A stretch of DNA of 64,000 bases from an uncultured Actinomyces sp. (lineage in GTDB: Bacteria > Actinomycetota > Actinomycetes > Actinomycetales > Actinomycetaceae), in contig CAYFWE010000002.1 in the NCBI GenBank assembly GCA_964346745.1, forward strand, positions 30,570 through 94,569. Reading direction: 5' to 3'. The notes below the pieces were generated by a model. That model was not told the DNA's origin and made no database searches. It saw only the letters and a program-made list of their open reading frames with translations. Below are positions 20,426 to 29,876 of the stretch, piece after piece. Position numbers and translations under genes: made by a program. How positions within the stretch are numbered: the first letter of the stretch is position 1; each line of letters opens with the position of its first letter.

Positions 20426-21501
20426 GCCGCATTACTCGCTCGACCCGTCGGCCCTTCATCGCATTGATTACGGCTCTGTCCGCACTTGGCCTCGCCGCTT
20501 GTTCTGGGACCGCGCCTGCTCCCGAGTCCTCCGCTTCAACGGGACAGCAGTCTTCCCTTGCCGGTGAAACCGTGGACTTGGGTGTCGGGGGAGAGGCAGT
20601 GACTGTTGGTCTAACCTATGTGCCTAACGTCCAGTTCGCACCCGTGTATGTCGCTGGAACGGACGAGATTTTCCGGGCAGCCGGCATAGGGGTGTCCATT
20701 CGTCATCACGGCCCTGATGAGGGGCTTTTCACGGCCCTGATGTCAGGGGAAGAGGACGTGACCGTCGCTACCGGGGACGAGGTCCTCCAAGCAAGGACCG
20801 CAGGTATGGACCTTACGTCTATAGGCGCGTATTACCATGAATACCCGGTTGTGGTCGTTGCCAAAGAGGATTCAGGCATCAACTCGATCACCGATCTAAA
20901 AGGCAAGAACGTGGGCCTTCCCGGAGAGTTCGGATCCAATTGGTTCGGCCTGTTAGCAGCCCTCAAAGAAGCCGACATGACCACCAATGACGTGAATATT
21001 GTGTCCATTGGTTTCACCCAGGCTGCCTCGCTAGCAGCGGACCAAGTGGATGCAATCGTCGGGTTCATTAACTCAGATGTGGTTCAACTAGAGCGACTTG
21101 GCGTGCCAATCAACGTCATTCCGCTAACCGATGGAAATCCACCCCTGGTCGCTGCCACCATCGTTACAACCACTAAGTGGGCAGAGGAAAACCCAGATCT
21201 GGCTGCGGGGGTCGTTGGCGCCATCACTGCCGGCACTGAACGCGTCCTCAAGAATCCCCAGCATGCCTTGGAAATCACGACCCTATGGGACCCCGCGCTG
21301 AGTGACCCGGAAACCCGTGCGGGCGCCCTCGCCATACTTGAGGCGACCCTGCCTCTTTGGCGTGACAGTGAAGGCCGCGCGTCGGCGATGCAAGACCTGC
21401 AAACTTGGGAAGAAATGGGACGTTTCCTCAGCGAAGTGCTCGGTGAGGAAATCCCAGCCACGGAAGTTGATAAGGCAGTAACTAATGAGTTTGCCCACTG
21501 A
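20422..21501 (+). CDS. ABC substrate-binding lipoprotein, NMT1/THI5 (ThiY/RibY/SsuA-like) fold
   Basis: Signal peptide with lipobox LGLAACSG, and LTYVPNVQFAPVYVAG typical of NMT1-like binding proteins. The start overlaps the permease stop as ATGA. Confidence 0.8.
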   Translation: MSRITRSTRRPFIALITALSALGLAACSGTAPAPESSASTGQQSSLAGETVDLGVGGEAVTVGLTYVPNVQFAPVYVAGTDEIFRAAGIGVSIRHHGPDEGLFTALMSGEEDVTVATGDEVLQARTAGMDLTSIGAYYHEYPVVVVAKEDSGINSITDLKGKNVGLPGEFGSNWFGLLAALKEADMTTNDVNIVSIGFTQAASLAADQVDAIVGFINSDVVQLERLGVPINVIPLTDGNPPLVAATIVTTTKWAEENPDLAAGVVGAITAGTERVLKNPQHALEITTLWDPALSDPETRAGALAILEATLPLWRDSEGRASAMQDLQTWEEMGRFLSEVLGEEIPATEVDKAVTNEFAH

Positions 21502-21558
21502 CACCGCGGATACGGACACTCGCCGACTGTCTATCTGTCAGCCCGTTAGGGTCTTCTT

Positions 21559-21822
21559 ATGACTGCTTTCGAAGATCTCTTTGCCGAATTACAGGAAAAA
21601 GCGGTGAGTCGACCCCCCGCTTCGCGAACCGTACAGGAACTCGATGCAGGCGTGCACTTCATCGGTAAAAAGATCGTTGAAGAAGCCGCCGAGGTTTGGA
21701 TGGCGGCAGAATATGAAACTACCGATGACCTCGCCCTTGAAATATCCCAGCTCCTCTACCACTTACAGGTAATGATGCTGGCCAAGGGACTGACCCTGGA
21801 AGACGTCTACAAGTACCTATGA
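21559..21822 (+). CDS. hisE: Phosphoribosyl-ATP pyrophosphatase
   Basis: 87-aa MazG-like ORF ([34 protein letters not shown]) overlapping the hisG start. Confidence 0.9.
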   Translation: MTAFEDLFAELQEKAVSRPPASRTVQELDAGVHFIGKKIVEEAAEVWMAAEYETTDDLALEISQLLYHLQVMMLAKGLTLEDVYKYL

Positions 21823-22676
21823 AACCTATGCTGCGCGTTGCATTACCCAACAAGGGCTCTCTATCCGATTCAGCTGTCGACCTCTTGGCGGAAGCTGGTT
21901 ACCGTACCCGCCGCCGGGGCCGAGAGTTAGTGCTCCAAGACGCCGCCAACCAGACAGAAATCTTCTTCCTGCGGCCAAGGGACATTGCTGTTTATGTGGG
22001 TCAGGGACGAATCCAGGCTGGAATTACCGGTAGGGACCTGCTCTTGGATTCGCGTACTGACGCCACGGAACTACTGGGCCTAGGCTTTGGCCGCTCCCAA
22101 TTCCGCTTCGCCGCACCGGTTGGAACCATGACCAATCTGCAGGATCTGGCTGGCAAGCGAATCGCGGCGTCCTACGACCACTTGGTGTCCGGCTACCTGG
22201 AGTCTCAAGGCATTCAGGCCGACGTTATCCACCTGGATGGGGCCGTGGAATCCTCCGTCCAACTGGGTGTAGCCGATGCAATCGCGGATGTGGTTGAGAC
22301 TGGTAGTACGCTGCGCGCAGCCGGGCTGGAAACGTTTGGCCCCACCATCTTGAGGTCGGAAGCCGTATTGGTTACCGCCCCGCAACATCTGGGGGACCCG
22401 GCCCTGCGGGTTTTGGAACAGCGGCTGCGCGGCGTGATAGTTGCTCGCGACCATGTGCTAGTCGACTACAACATCCTTGCCGCTAACTTGCCGGAAGCGA
22501 CAAAAATCGCCCCGGGCTTGGAATCCCCAACCGTCTCCGCATTGGCCGAGGACGATTGGAAAGCGGTCCGGGTTGTCGTCCGCCGCCAACAGGTGAACCA
22601 GGTGATGGACGCTCTTCTAGACGTGGGAGCACAGGGAATAATCGTTACGGAGCTTATCGCCTCTCGACTACGCTAG
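21819..22676 (+). CDS. hisG: ATP phosphoribosyltransferase (long form)
   Basis: Motifs [21 protein letters not shown] and [13 protein letters not shown], plus a C-terminal regulatory domain. The start could instead be ATG 21828. Confidence 0.9.
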   Translation: MKPMLRVALPNKGSLSDSAVDLLAEAGYRTRRRGRELVLQDAANQTEIFFLRPRDIAVYVGQGRIQAGITGRDLLLDSRTDATELLGLGFGRSQFRFAAPVGTMTNLQDLAGKRIAASYDHLVSGYLESQGIQADVIHLDGAVESSVQLGVADAIADVVETGSTLRAAGLETFGPTILRSEAVLVTAPQHLGDPALRVLEQRLRGVIVARDHVLVDYNILAANLPEATKIAPGLESPTVSALAEDDWKAVRVVVRRQQVNQVMDALLDVGAQGIIVTELIASRLR

Positions 22677-22714
22677 AGTGAGCCTTTCGTTTCGTCAGGT
22701 GGACTGGAGGTAGG

Positions 22715-23686
22715 GTGAGCAGACCAAGGGTTCAGGCGTCACTGCGCGTCCTCAACTTGGCGCTCAACCTTATAAACGCCCCAGCGGGACGCACTCGCGC
22801 CGAATTGATGGGCAAAGTAGCCGGTTACGACCATGAAAACCCAGCCACCGCCCGCAGAGCATTCGAGCGCGACATCGAGCAACTCCGCAAAGCAGGGTTG
22901 CTGGTGCAGGTCACCGACAAGTTCACCGACGCTACCTATTCGATTTGCCTGTCCACTTTCCCATCCGAAAAAGCAGCGTTGACCACCCGTGAACTCGCGC
23001 TGCTGCTGCGAGCAGTCGAAGCATGGCGGCACCCGAATTCAGGCGTGGCGGCGCTGGCAAACAAACTCAAGGGTTACGCGACCAAGCCGTTACAACCGTT
23101 GGGTGCATCCCCCCAATTCGCGTTGGAAACCCTGCGCGGTATAGACACTATTCGGGGCGCAATACAGGACCAGCAGCCCATTTCATTCGAGTACCAGTCA
23201 CGGCGTGGCACCACTGCTCGTCGGGTACTGCCTTCCCAAATTGTTGTTCGAGGGCGTGCGTTATACGTGTGGGGCTTGGACCTGGAAGCCAACGAACCCC
23301 GACTGTTCCGTCTTTCGCGCTTCCGCGGCGAGCCACAACTGCTGCCCGGCGGCGAGACACCCGCGTCCATCCAAGGGCGCGCTGTCGGACCCTTCGATCC
23401 GTCCCATTTTCTGGTGGCGCCTCTCATGTGGGTCGATGCTGAAAAAGCCCAGCTAACTGCTGCCCACGCCCGACCTGCTGGTCTTACCGACGCCGATAGA
23501 GCGTCGCCACCTCCTTTGTCGAACGCCCAGTTGATGCGCGGCTGCGAAGAGGACGCCCAGGTGTGGGAAGAGCGGTGCCTGCAAGAAGCCGATGGGGTAG
23601 TGGTGATTGAACCGCAGTGGCTGGCGCGCACCGTCGAGGAAAAACTGGTTGCTGCCGCACAGTGGATCGGGACTCACGATGGCTGA
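22715..23686 (+). CDS. pafB: PafB-like HTH/WYL-domain transcription regulator
   Basis: N-terminal wHTH followed by a WYL domain (ISFEYQSRRGTTARRVLPSQIVVRGRALYVWGLD...LFRLSRF). It is paired with a second WYL protein and followed by helY. Confidence 0.75.
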   Translation: MSRPRVQASLRVLNLALNLINAPAGRTRAELMGKVAGYDHENPATARRAFERDIEQLRKAGLLVQVTDKFTDATYSICLSTFPSEKAALTTRELALLLRAVEAWRHPNSGVAALANKLKGYATKPLQPLGASPQFALETLRGIDTIRGAIQDQQPISFEYQSRRGTTARRVLPSQIVVRGRALYVWGLDLEANEPRLFRLSRFRGEPQLLPGGETPASIQGRAVGPFDPSHFLVAPLMWVDAEKAQLTAAHARPAGLTDADRASPPPLSNAQLMRGCEEDAQVWEERCLQEADGVVVIEPQWLARTVEEKLVAAAQWIGTHDG

Positions 23687-24680
23687 GGATAGAGCAGCGG
23701 CCCTGAGCAGGTTGGTGTCCATGGTCCGCCTGATCGACGCGCACCCGGGGGTGAGTGTGTCGGAGCTAGCGAAACACTTCGGACGCGCGCCCTCGTCAAT
23801 CCGTATGGATGTAAATCTCTTAGACCAAGCCGGGGTTGGGGAGCTGCTTCCGGGTGAAACATTCGATATCGACTACGAGCTGTTTACGCGTGAAGATCGA
23901 GTAGCACTAAGAGTCCCATTGGCTCTGAACGGACCCTTGCCACTGACGAAGAGTGAGATTTCTGCACTCACTGTCGCCCTGGGTGTCATCGCACCCACTT
24001 TGGATGAGGACGAACTCGAAATCTTGCCCGGAGCCCTGTCGGCACTCATATCAGGACATGAAGGTGAGTTTGAAAGTGCAGCGGCGGAAGTCCTTCCAAC
24101 AATGCCACCAGCGACCGTTCAAAAGATCGGACAGATCCAAGAAGCATTAGAGACTGGTACGGCGATCGCATTAGAGTACGTGGATGCCGCCGGAGTACCA
24201 TCCCAGCGAGTGGTAAATCCTGAAACACTGACCTGCGAAGTTGACGGGTGGGTGATGAGCGGCTGGTGCTACAAAGCAAAGGCACACCGCAGTTTCCGTC
24301 TCGACCGCGTCATACGGCTCAGCATCGCGGAAAAACCTCAGGGTGATCGCCCGGCTAGATCGCGCAGAAGAAGCAGGAATGATGGCCAGCAGGTCGAGGT
24401 GCTCTTACGCCCCGGGGCTAGCTGGGCACTGGCCGACTCAGCGGCTAAACGAATCCAAGACAACCCTGATGGCACTATCGTCGCAACCTACCAAGTTTGG
24501 GATCCACTCTGGTTTCGCACCGAGTTACTCAGTCTCGCTCCACACGTGATCGCTACTGAACCAGCCCACTATTTTGAAACCGCCGCCACGTTTGCCCGAC
24601 ACGCACTAGAACGCCGCTCAACGACAGTTGCATCCTCTGCACCTGGCTGGGCACAAACCGATTGGAATCAAAAGTCATGA
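23679..24680 (+). CDS. pafC: PafC-like HTH/WYL-domain transcription regulator
   Basis: ATG 23679 overlaps the pafB stop as ATGA. N-terminal wHTH (LSRLVSMVRLIDAHPGVSVSELAKHFG) and WYL domain (ALEYVDAAGVPSQRVVNPETL...RSFRLDRV). Confidence 0.75.
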   Translation: MAEDRAAALSRLVSMVRLIDAHPGVSVSELAKHFGRAPSSIRMDVNLLDQAGVGELLPGETFDIDYELFTREDRVALRVPLALNGPLPLTKSEISALTVALGVIAPTLDEDELEILPGALSALISGHEGEFESAAAEVLPTMPPATVQKIGQIQEALETGTAIALEYVDAAGVPSQRVVNPETLTCEVDGWVMSGWCYKAKAHRSFRLDRVIRLSIAEKPQGDRPARSRRRSRNDGQQVEVLLRPGASWALADSAAKRIQDNPDGTIVATYQVWDPLWFRTELLSLAPHVIATEPAHYFETAATFARHALERRSTTVASSAPGWAQTDWNQKS

Positions 24681-27433
24681 CGCCAGAACCCACTAGCGCT
24701 GCCGAACGCATGGATGACTTCCGCAGACACATGCGCATCGAAGAATCAGGGCTGGGCCATTACCTGTCTGACCTTCATTTCGCTCCCGACCCCTACCAAG
24801 AAGAAGCACTTGAGCACTTGGCTCTGGGTAGCTCCGTCTTGGTCTCTGCTCCAACGGGAGCCGGGAAGACGGTCGTGGGGGAGGGGGCGGCGTATTTAGC
24901 CCGAAAACAAGGCAAACGCGTCTTCTACACCACCCCGATCAAGGCGTTATCGAACCAGAAACTGCGTGATTTTCGCGACCGCTTTGGCGATGCTGAAGTG
25001 GGCCTTTTGACGGGTGACACGTCAATCAACCCGGATGCGCCCATAGTTGTGATGACGACTGAGGTGCTGCGCAACATGATTTATGCGGGCAAAGACCTCT
25101 CGGAACTCGGCGTTGTTGTCATGGACGAAGTCCACTACCTGTCCGACCGGTTCCGCGGTCCAGTGTGGGAAGAGGTGTTGATCCAACTTCCAGAACATGT
25201 AAAAGTCGTTGCCCTATCTGCGACGTTGTCAAACACGGGCGAATTCGGGCGCTGGGTGGAAAGTGTGCGCGGGGACTGCGACGTTGTTACCTCAGACCAC
25301 CGGCCAGTCCCGCTCTACCAGCACATGATGGTCGGTTCTCGTCTTTATGACCTCTACGCTCAGCCGCGAAGAGCATCAACAGGAAAAGGCAGTCGCCGCA
25401 TAAACCCGGATCTTCAGGACGCCATCGAAGAAGCCCGTTTTGGGGGACGCTATTCGCGTGACACGGCCGGCGGAAGAGGACGCAGACCTCGCCGCGGTGG
25501 TCGACCAGCCCCGGTGCCGCGCTATCGGGTGCTGGATAACCTGCGCCGCAAGAACCTGTTGCCAGCAATTGTCTTCATCTTCTCCAGAGCCGGCTGCGAT
25601 GAGGCCGCCCAAGACGCAGCCACGTACGGTTTGGGTTTGACGACCTCTGAAGAACGTATGCAGATTCGCGCCGAAGTGGACATTGCACTGGCATCAGTGC
25701 CGGCTGAGGATCACGGTGCGCTGCGACTTCACGAATGGTCGCTAATGCTGGAAGACGGGGTGGCTGCCCACCATGCTGGGCTGCTCCCTCAACAAAAAGA
25801 GGCGATTGAACGCCTGTTTGCAGCGGGTCTAATCAAAGTTGTTTTCGCAACCGAAACGCTCGCCCTCGGTATCAATATGCCGGCTCGGACCGTTGTACTT
25901 GAGTCACTGGAGAAATGGGATGGCAGCGAGCATGTACGCCTATCACCACGCGAATACACGCAACTGACTGGCCGAGCAGGTCGCCGGGGCATCGATGTAG
26001 AAGGACACGCTGTCGTTCTAGAGCGCGGAGTCGTCACGGCAGAGGAAGTGGTGGAACTATCCTCTGGTCGTTCGTACCCACTGCACAGTGCATTTTTGCC
26101 CAACTACAACATGGCGGTGAATCTTCTTTCTCGCCTTGATGCCGCGCAGGCCCGCGAGATTCTCGAATCTTCGTTTGCCCAGTTCCAAGCTGATGCATCC
26201 GTTGTCAAAGAGGCGCAGAAACTGCGGCGCGTAAACGGGCGTCTCGATGAAGTTCGCTCCAAACTATCCTGCGAACTCGGTGATGCGCCGGAGTACTTCG
26301 AGTTGCGTGAGCAAGTCTCCTCACTGCAGAAACAGGCGTCCAAACTGGCTCGGGAGGTGCGCACCCAGCAAGATGCGGCCATGCTCCGCAAACTGAAAGT
26401 TGGTGACGTCGTTAGATTCCGACGGGGACGCAGGCTACGAAAAGCCGTGGTCGTCCAAGCGCCTTCGGAAGGTTTTGCCGCCCCGATCGCGCGCATCGTG
26501 GGCGAAGATGCGAAACCCGGCTCCCTGGGACCCAGAGAAGCCGAAGAGGGCTTGGAGCTCTTAGGACGCATGCCCGTCCCACACCAGGGGGCCCGTCGCC
26601 CACGAGACCGCGCGGACCTAGCGCGGGCAGTTCGAAACGGAGATTTCGTCCGCGCTTCTAAACGGCGCCGAGCGCATGAAGATGGAGAGCTTGCCGCGTT
26701 GGAAGGCAAGATCGCCCACTTGGAGAAGGAGGTCCGCAACCACCCCGTACATTCGTGTCCAGACCGAGAAAGCCACGCGGCTCTAGGGCACGAGTACGCG
26801 CGCCTGAACCGTGAACGAAACCTACTTTCACGCAATATCAGTGACCGCAGCGCCAAGATCGTCGACGAGTTTGACCGTGTCAGAGCCGTCCTCCAAAGAC
26901 TTGGGTTCTTAGATGGGGACACAGTGACTAAGCGCGGTCAGCGCCTGCGCCGCATCTATGGCGAGCGGGACCTGCTTATCACCGAATCGATTGCCGACGA
27001 TGCCTGGGCGAACTTGAAACCAGAGGAGCTCGCCGCAATAGTTTGCACAGTGGTTTACGAGCCGCGCGGAGAAGATGCGCTCGCGCCGGCCCCGACCCAT
27101 TTTCCAACCGAAAATCTACGGGAAGCGTGGGAGGCAACTGCGCAGGCCTTCGACAGAGTCCACCGCGCGGAACTAGCTGCCAATCACGAAGTCACGCAAC
27201 CACCGGCGGGCGCATTGATGACAGCCATGTACGACTGGGCCAAAGGCGCCTCGCTTGCGTCCATCTTGGAAGAGACAGAGATGTCGGGGGGAGACTTCGT
27301 GCGATTGGTGCGCCAAGTTTTGGACATGCTCGACCAGCTTCGTCGAGGGGATGATCCTCAGTTGCGACGAATCGCTAGTGCCGCTCGCCAGCATCTGCTT
27401 CACGGAGTGGTCGCGTGGACCGAGTTCGCGTAA
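24677..27433 (+). CDS. helY: Ski2-like DExH-box RNA helicase HelY
   Basis: Motifs APTGAGKT, DEVHYL, SATLSN, HHAGLLP, TETLALGINMPAR and QLTGRAGRRG. ATG 24677 overlaps the pafC stop as ATGA. Confidence 0.85.
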   Translation: MTPEPTSAAERMDDFRRHMRIEESGLGHYLSDLHFAPDPYQEEALEHLALGSSVLVSAPTGAGKTVVGEGAAYLARKQGKRVFYTTPIKALSNQKLRDFRDRFGDAEVGLLTGDTSINPDAPIVVMTTEVLRNMIYAGKDLSELGVVVMDEVHYLSDRFRGPVWEEVLIQLPEHVKVVALSATLSNTGEFGRWVESVRGDCDVVTSDHRPVPLYQHMMVGSRLYDLYAQPRRASTGKGSRRINPDLQDAIEEARFGGRYSRDTAGGRGRRPRRGGRPAPVPRYRVLDNLRRKNLLPAIVFIFSRAGCDEAAQDAATYGLGLTTSEERMQIRAEVDIALASVPAEDHGALRLHEWSLMLEDGVAAHHAGLLPQQKEAIERLFAAGLIKVVFATETLALGINMPARTVVLESLEKWDGSEHVRLSPREYTQLTGRAGRRGIDVEGHAVVLERGVVTAEEVVELSSGRSYPLHSAFLPNYNMAVNLLSRLDAAQAREILESSFAQFQADASVVKEAQKLRRVNGRLDEVRSKLSCELGDAPEYFELREQVSSLQKQASKLAREVRTQQDAAMLRKLKVGDVVRFRRGRRLRKAVVVQAPSEGFAAPIARIVGEDAKPGSLGPREAEEGLELLGRMPVPHQGARRPRDRADLARAVRNGDFVRASKRRRAHEDGELAALEGKIAHLEKEVRNHPVHSCPDRESHAALGHEYARLNRERNLLSRNISDRSAKIVDEFDRVRAVLQRLGFLDGDTVTKRGQRLRRIYGERDLLITESIADDAWANLKPEELAAIVCTVVYEPRGEDALAPAPTHFPTENLREAWEATAQAFDRVHRAELAANHEVTQPPAGALMTAMYDWAKGASLASILEETEMSGGDFVRLVRQVLDMLDQLRRGDDPQLRRIASAARQHLLHGVVAWTEFA

Positions 27434-29004
27434 CAGGCGGCCTACGACCACCCAGAAGGCCCAAGCTGCGCCACGGGATCGCCTGGGCACAGATAGTCCT
27501 ATCCGGCGCATTGATGTGGGCGGCGTTCCCATTCTGGAACCTTTGGCCTCTGACGGTGGTCTCGCTGGCGTTGCTGGTGGGTGCGGTCAGCACGGTGAAT
27601 AAAGGGCGTGCAGCCGCCTATTCGGCGGTGTGGGCCATGGTGTTTTTCCTGCCGCACATATCTTGGATGCAGATCGCTACGGATAACACCTGGATAGCCT
27701 GGTTTGCTCTTGCCGGGGCACAGGCGTTTTTCGTTGCGCTTTGGGGCGTTGCGTTCGCCGCGACCAAGAGTTGGAATTGGGCGCGGTCTCTTTGGGGTCA
27801 ACCACTGGTGGCAGCACTTTTGTGGGTCACGTTCGAACAGCTTCGCTCGCGCGTACCATTTGGTGGGTTTCCGTGGGGAAACGTTTCGTACCCGCAGGTG
27901 AATGGACCTTTGGTCGGATTGGCGCCCATCGGGGGAGAGGTTCTTACAAGCTTCGCTGTCATGACCATTGCCGCGCTGCTCTGGCAAGTCGTGTCGCGAA
28001 GTTCTTTCCACCCCACCACTTTGCGCACCCGGGCGGTGATGGGGGCGCTGGCCGCAGGGTTGTTCTTTATTCCAGGTCTTTATGCCCTTCCGACATCGGC
28101 TCAAGCAGGTGAAGTGGAGGTGGCAGTCATTCAGGGGAATGTGGAAATTCCCATGGCCACCACGTTCGCGATACCTCGTAAAGTCACCGGTAATCACGTT
28201 CGGCAGACGACTGCCATGCTGCGAGAGGGCCATGATGTCGATCTGATTCTGTGGGGTGAAAATGCCACTGATATCGATCCTCGAGCCGATTTGGAAACCG
28301 CACAGATGGTCGCAGAAGTGGCCGAAGAAGCCGACGTCCCCATGCTCATTGGTGTTATGGAATATACGGCCGATGAGCGTTTCAATTGGATGGCTGTCTG
28401 GGATCCACGCGAAGGCCTTCTAGAGGAAATGTATGGGAAGCAGCACCCGGTCCCGTGGGGGGAGTACGTGCCCATGCGCGGCATTTCAGAGTTTTTGGCG
28501 ACGGCATCCGCGCAGATTAGTGTCGATATGGCCAGCGTCGAGAACCCCGGATTTATGGAAATCGAACTCAATGACGGACGGATTCTTCCGTTGGGCGTGG
28601 GAATCTGCTTCGAGGTCGCCTATGAACCACTCATTGCCGAGGGCGTCAGGATGGGTGGGGAAGCCATCATCATTCCCACGAATAACGCTCACTTTCAGAA
28701 CTCTGCTGAATCTGATCAACAGCTTCAGATGGCTCAGTTCCGAGCAGCGGAGTTCTCTCGAGCAGCTGTCCAAGTGTCCACTAACGGAGTGTCTGGAATA
28801 GTTCGCCCCGACGGGTCGGTCTCCCAAGTTACCGGTACCCAAGAGGCAGCCCATCTTGTGGGAGAACTGCCGTTGCGTACGTCTTTGACACCGTTTGCGC
28901 ACGTATCAGCTTATTTGCCGGGAATAACGATGGCTATTGGGTTGGTGTTCTCGATCCTCGCGGTGGCCGTGCCGATTGTCCGGGGAACTCAGCCGCGGCG
29001 GTAG
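27415..29004 (+). CDS. lnt: Apolipoprotein N-acyltransferase
   Basis: Multi-TM N-terminal half plus a CN-hydrolase domain (LILWGENA; catalytic Cys in GVGICFEVAYEP). GTG 27415 overlaps the helY end by 19 nt. Confidence 0.8.
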   Translation: MDRVRVTGGLRPPRRPKLRHGIAWAQIVLSGALMWAAFPFWNLWPLTVVSLALLVGAVSTVNKGRAAAYSAVWAMVFFLPHISWMQIATDNTWIAWFALAGAQAFFVALWGVAFAATKSWNWARSLWGQPLVAALLWVTFEQLRSRVPFGGFPWGNVSYPQVNGPLVGLAPIGGEVLTSFAVMTIAALLWQVVSRSSFHPTTLRTRAVMGALAAGLFFIPGLYALPTSAQAGEVEVAVIQGNVEIPMATTFAIPRKVTGNHVRQTTAMLREGHDVDLILWGENATDIDPRADLETAQMVAEVAEEADVPMLIGVMEYTADERFNWMAVWDPREGLLEEMYGKQHPVPWGEYVPMRGISEFLATASAQISVDMASVENPGFMEIELNDGRILPLGVGICFEVAYEPLIAEGVRMGGEAIIIPTNNAHFQNSAESDQQLQMAQFRAAEFSRAAVQVSTNGVSGIVRPDGSVSQVTGTQEAAHLVGELPLRTSLTPFAHVSAYLPGITMAIGLVFSILAVAVPIVRGTQPRR

Positions 29005-29354
29005 TCGGTGTCGATTATCAGGTCGCCGCTTCTGTAGGCTTCCAGCTGTTCTTGGAGGAGTTGGTCGAGCTGTTCGAGGCTGCGACGTTCCAGCAACATG
29101 TCCCAGTGCGTACGTTGAGGCTTCACAGCCTTGGTGTCTTCTTCCTCAACCACTTCGCTGACGATTTCGCCAACTTCACCGCAGCGGCATTCCCAAGTTG
29201 CTGGTGGATCGGCTTCAGCTGCCATGGCGATCACGAATTCGTGGCCCTGTGGGCAGCGGTACTTGGCTTCAAATCGGTCGGCGAAAACAACGCCTTCTTC
29301 CGTCTCTAGCGACTTCGAACCAATCTGCATGCCTCGTAGTGCGCGGTCTGCCAC
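28989..29354 (-). CDS. rbpA: RNA polymerase-binding protein RbpA
   Basis: MADRALRGMQIGS..., the C-x-C-containing core (WECRCGEVG) and PQRTHWDMLLERRSLEQLDQLL resemble mycobacterial RbpA very closely. Confidence 0.9.
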   Translation of the reverse strand: MADRALRGMQIGSKSLETEEGVVFADRFEAKYRCPQGHEFVIAMAAEADPPATWECRCGEVGEIVSEVVEEEDTKAVKPQRTHWDMLLERRSLEQLDQLLQEQLEAYRSGDLIIDTDYRRG

Positions 29355-29588
29355 AGCAACTCCTTAGATAAAGCGGAACACGTCAATCCTGCACGTGCAG
29401 TCCTTAAGTCTACCGACACGATGCGCAGAATCCTACGAGAACAGCCATCGGCGAACGCGACGGCTGTACCTCAACCCAAACACTGCATCTCAACACACAC
29501 CACAACCCGATAATGTATATTATGTCAGATTTACCGTCGAGAGTGTCCCCGCCGTCGTATGTGTGCGAAAGCGGGCCGGCATCCCCTA

Positions 29589-29876
29589 CTACGACGTGAT
29601 TCGGAATTCCTTGTAGCCCTGCGGCGTAGACATAGTGACATCAACTCTGGTGACGCGTGTACCTGGGAATCCACCGCGCACAACTGTCAGGAAATGGTCG
29701 ACGCGACGCTCCGGCCCCTCGGCGTGAAGCCGAACTGTGCCGTCCGCTTCATTGCGAACCCATCCGGCAAGACCCTGTTCGTCGGCAGCCCACAGTGCCC
29801 TGTACCTGAAGCCCACGTCCTGAACGTGTCCATGCACCGTGGCCTTCACTGCTTTTAGGTGTTGCCCCGCAACCAT
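29589..29876 (-). CDS. acyP: Acylphosphatase
   Basis: 95-aa ORF with VKATVHGHVQDVGFRYRALWAADEQGLAGWVRNEADGTV. Confidence 0.85.
   Translation of the reverse strand: MVAGQHLKAVKATVHGHVQDVGFRYRALWAADEQGLAGWVRNEADGTVRLHAEGPERRVDHFLTVVRGGFPGTRVTRVDVTMSTPQGYKEFRITS

Noticed and set aside
26104-26922. 272-aa minus-strand ORF inside helY
   Set aside because: It lies entirely antisense to a helicase ORF with strong motifs. The Arg/Ser/Ala/Pro-rich composition is typical of shadow ORFs in GC-rich DNA, and no motif was recognised.
27499-28233. 244-aa minus-strand ORF inside lnt
   Set aside because: Antisense shadow ORF. It is Arg/Pro/Gly/His-rich, has no SD or motif, and lnt on the other strand has clear catalytic motifs.
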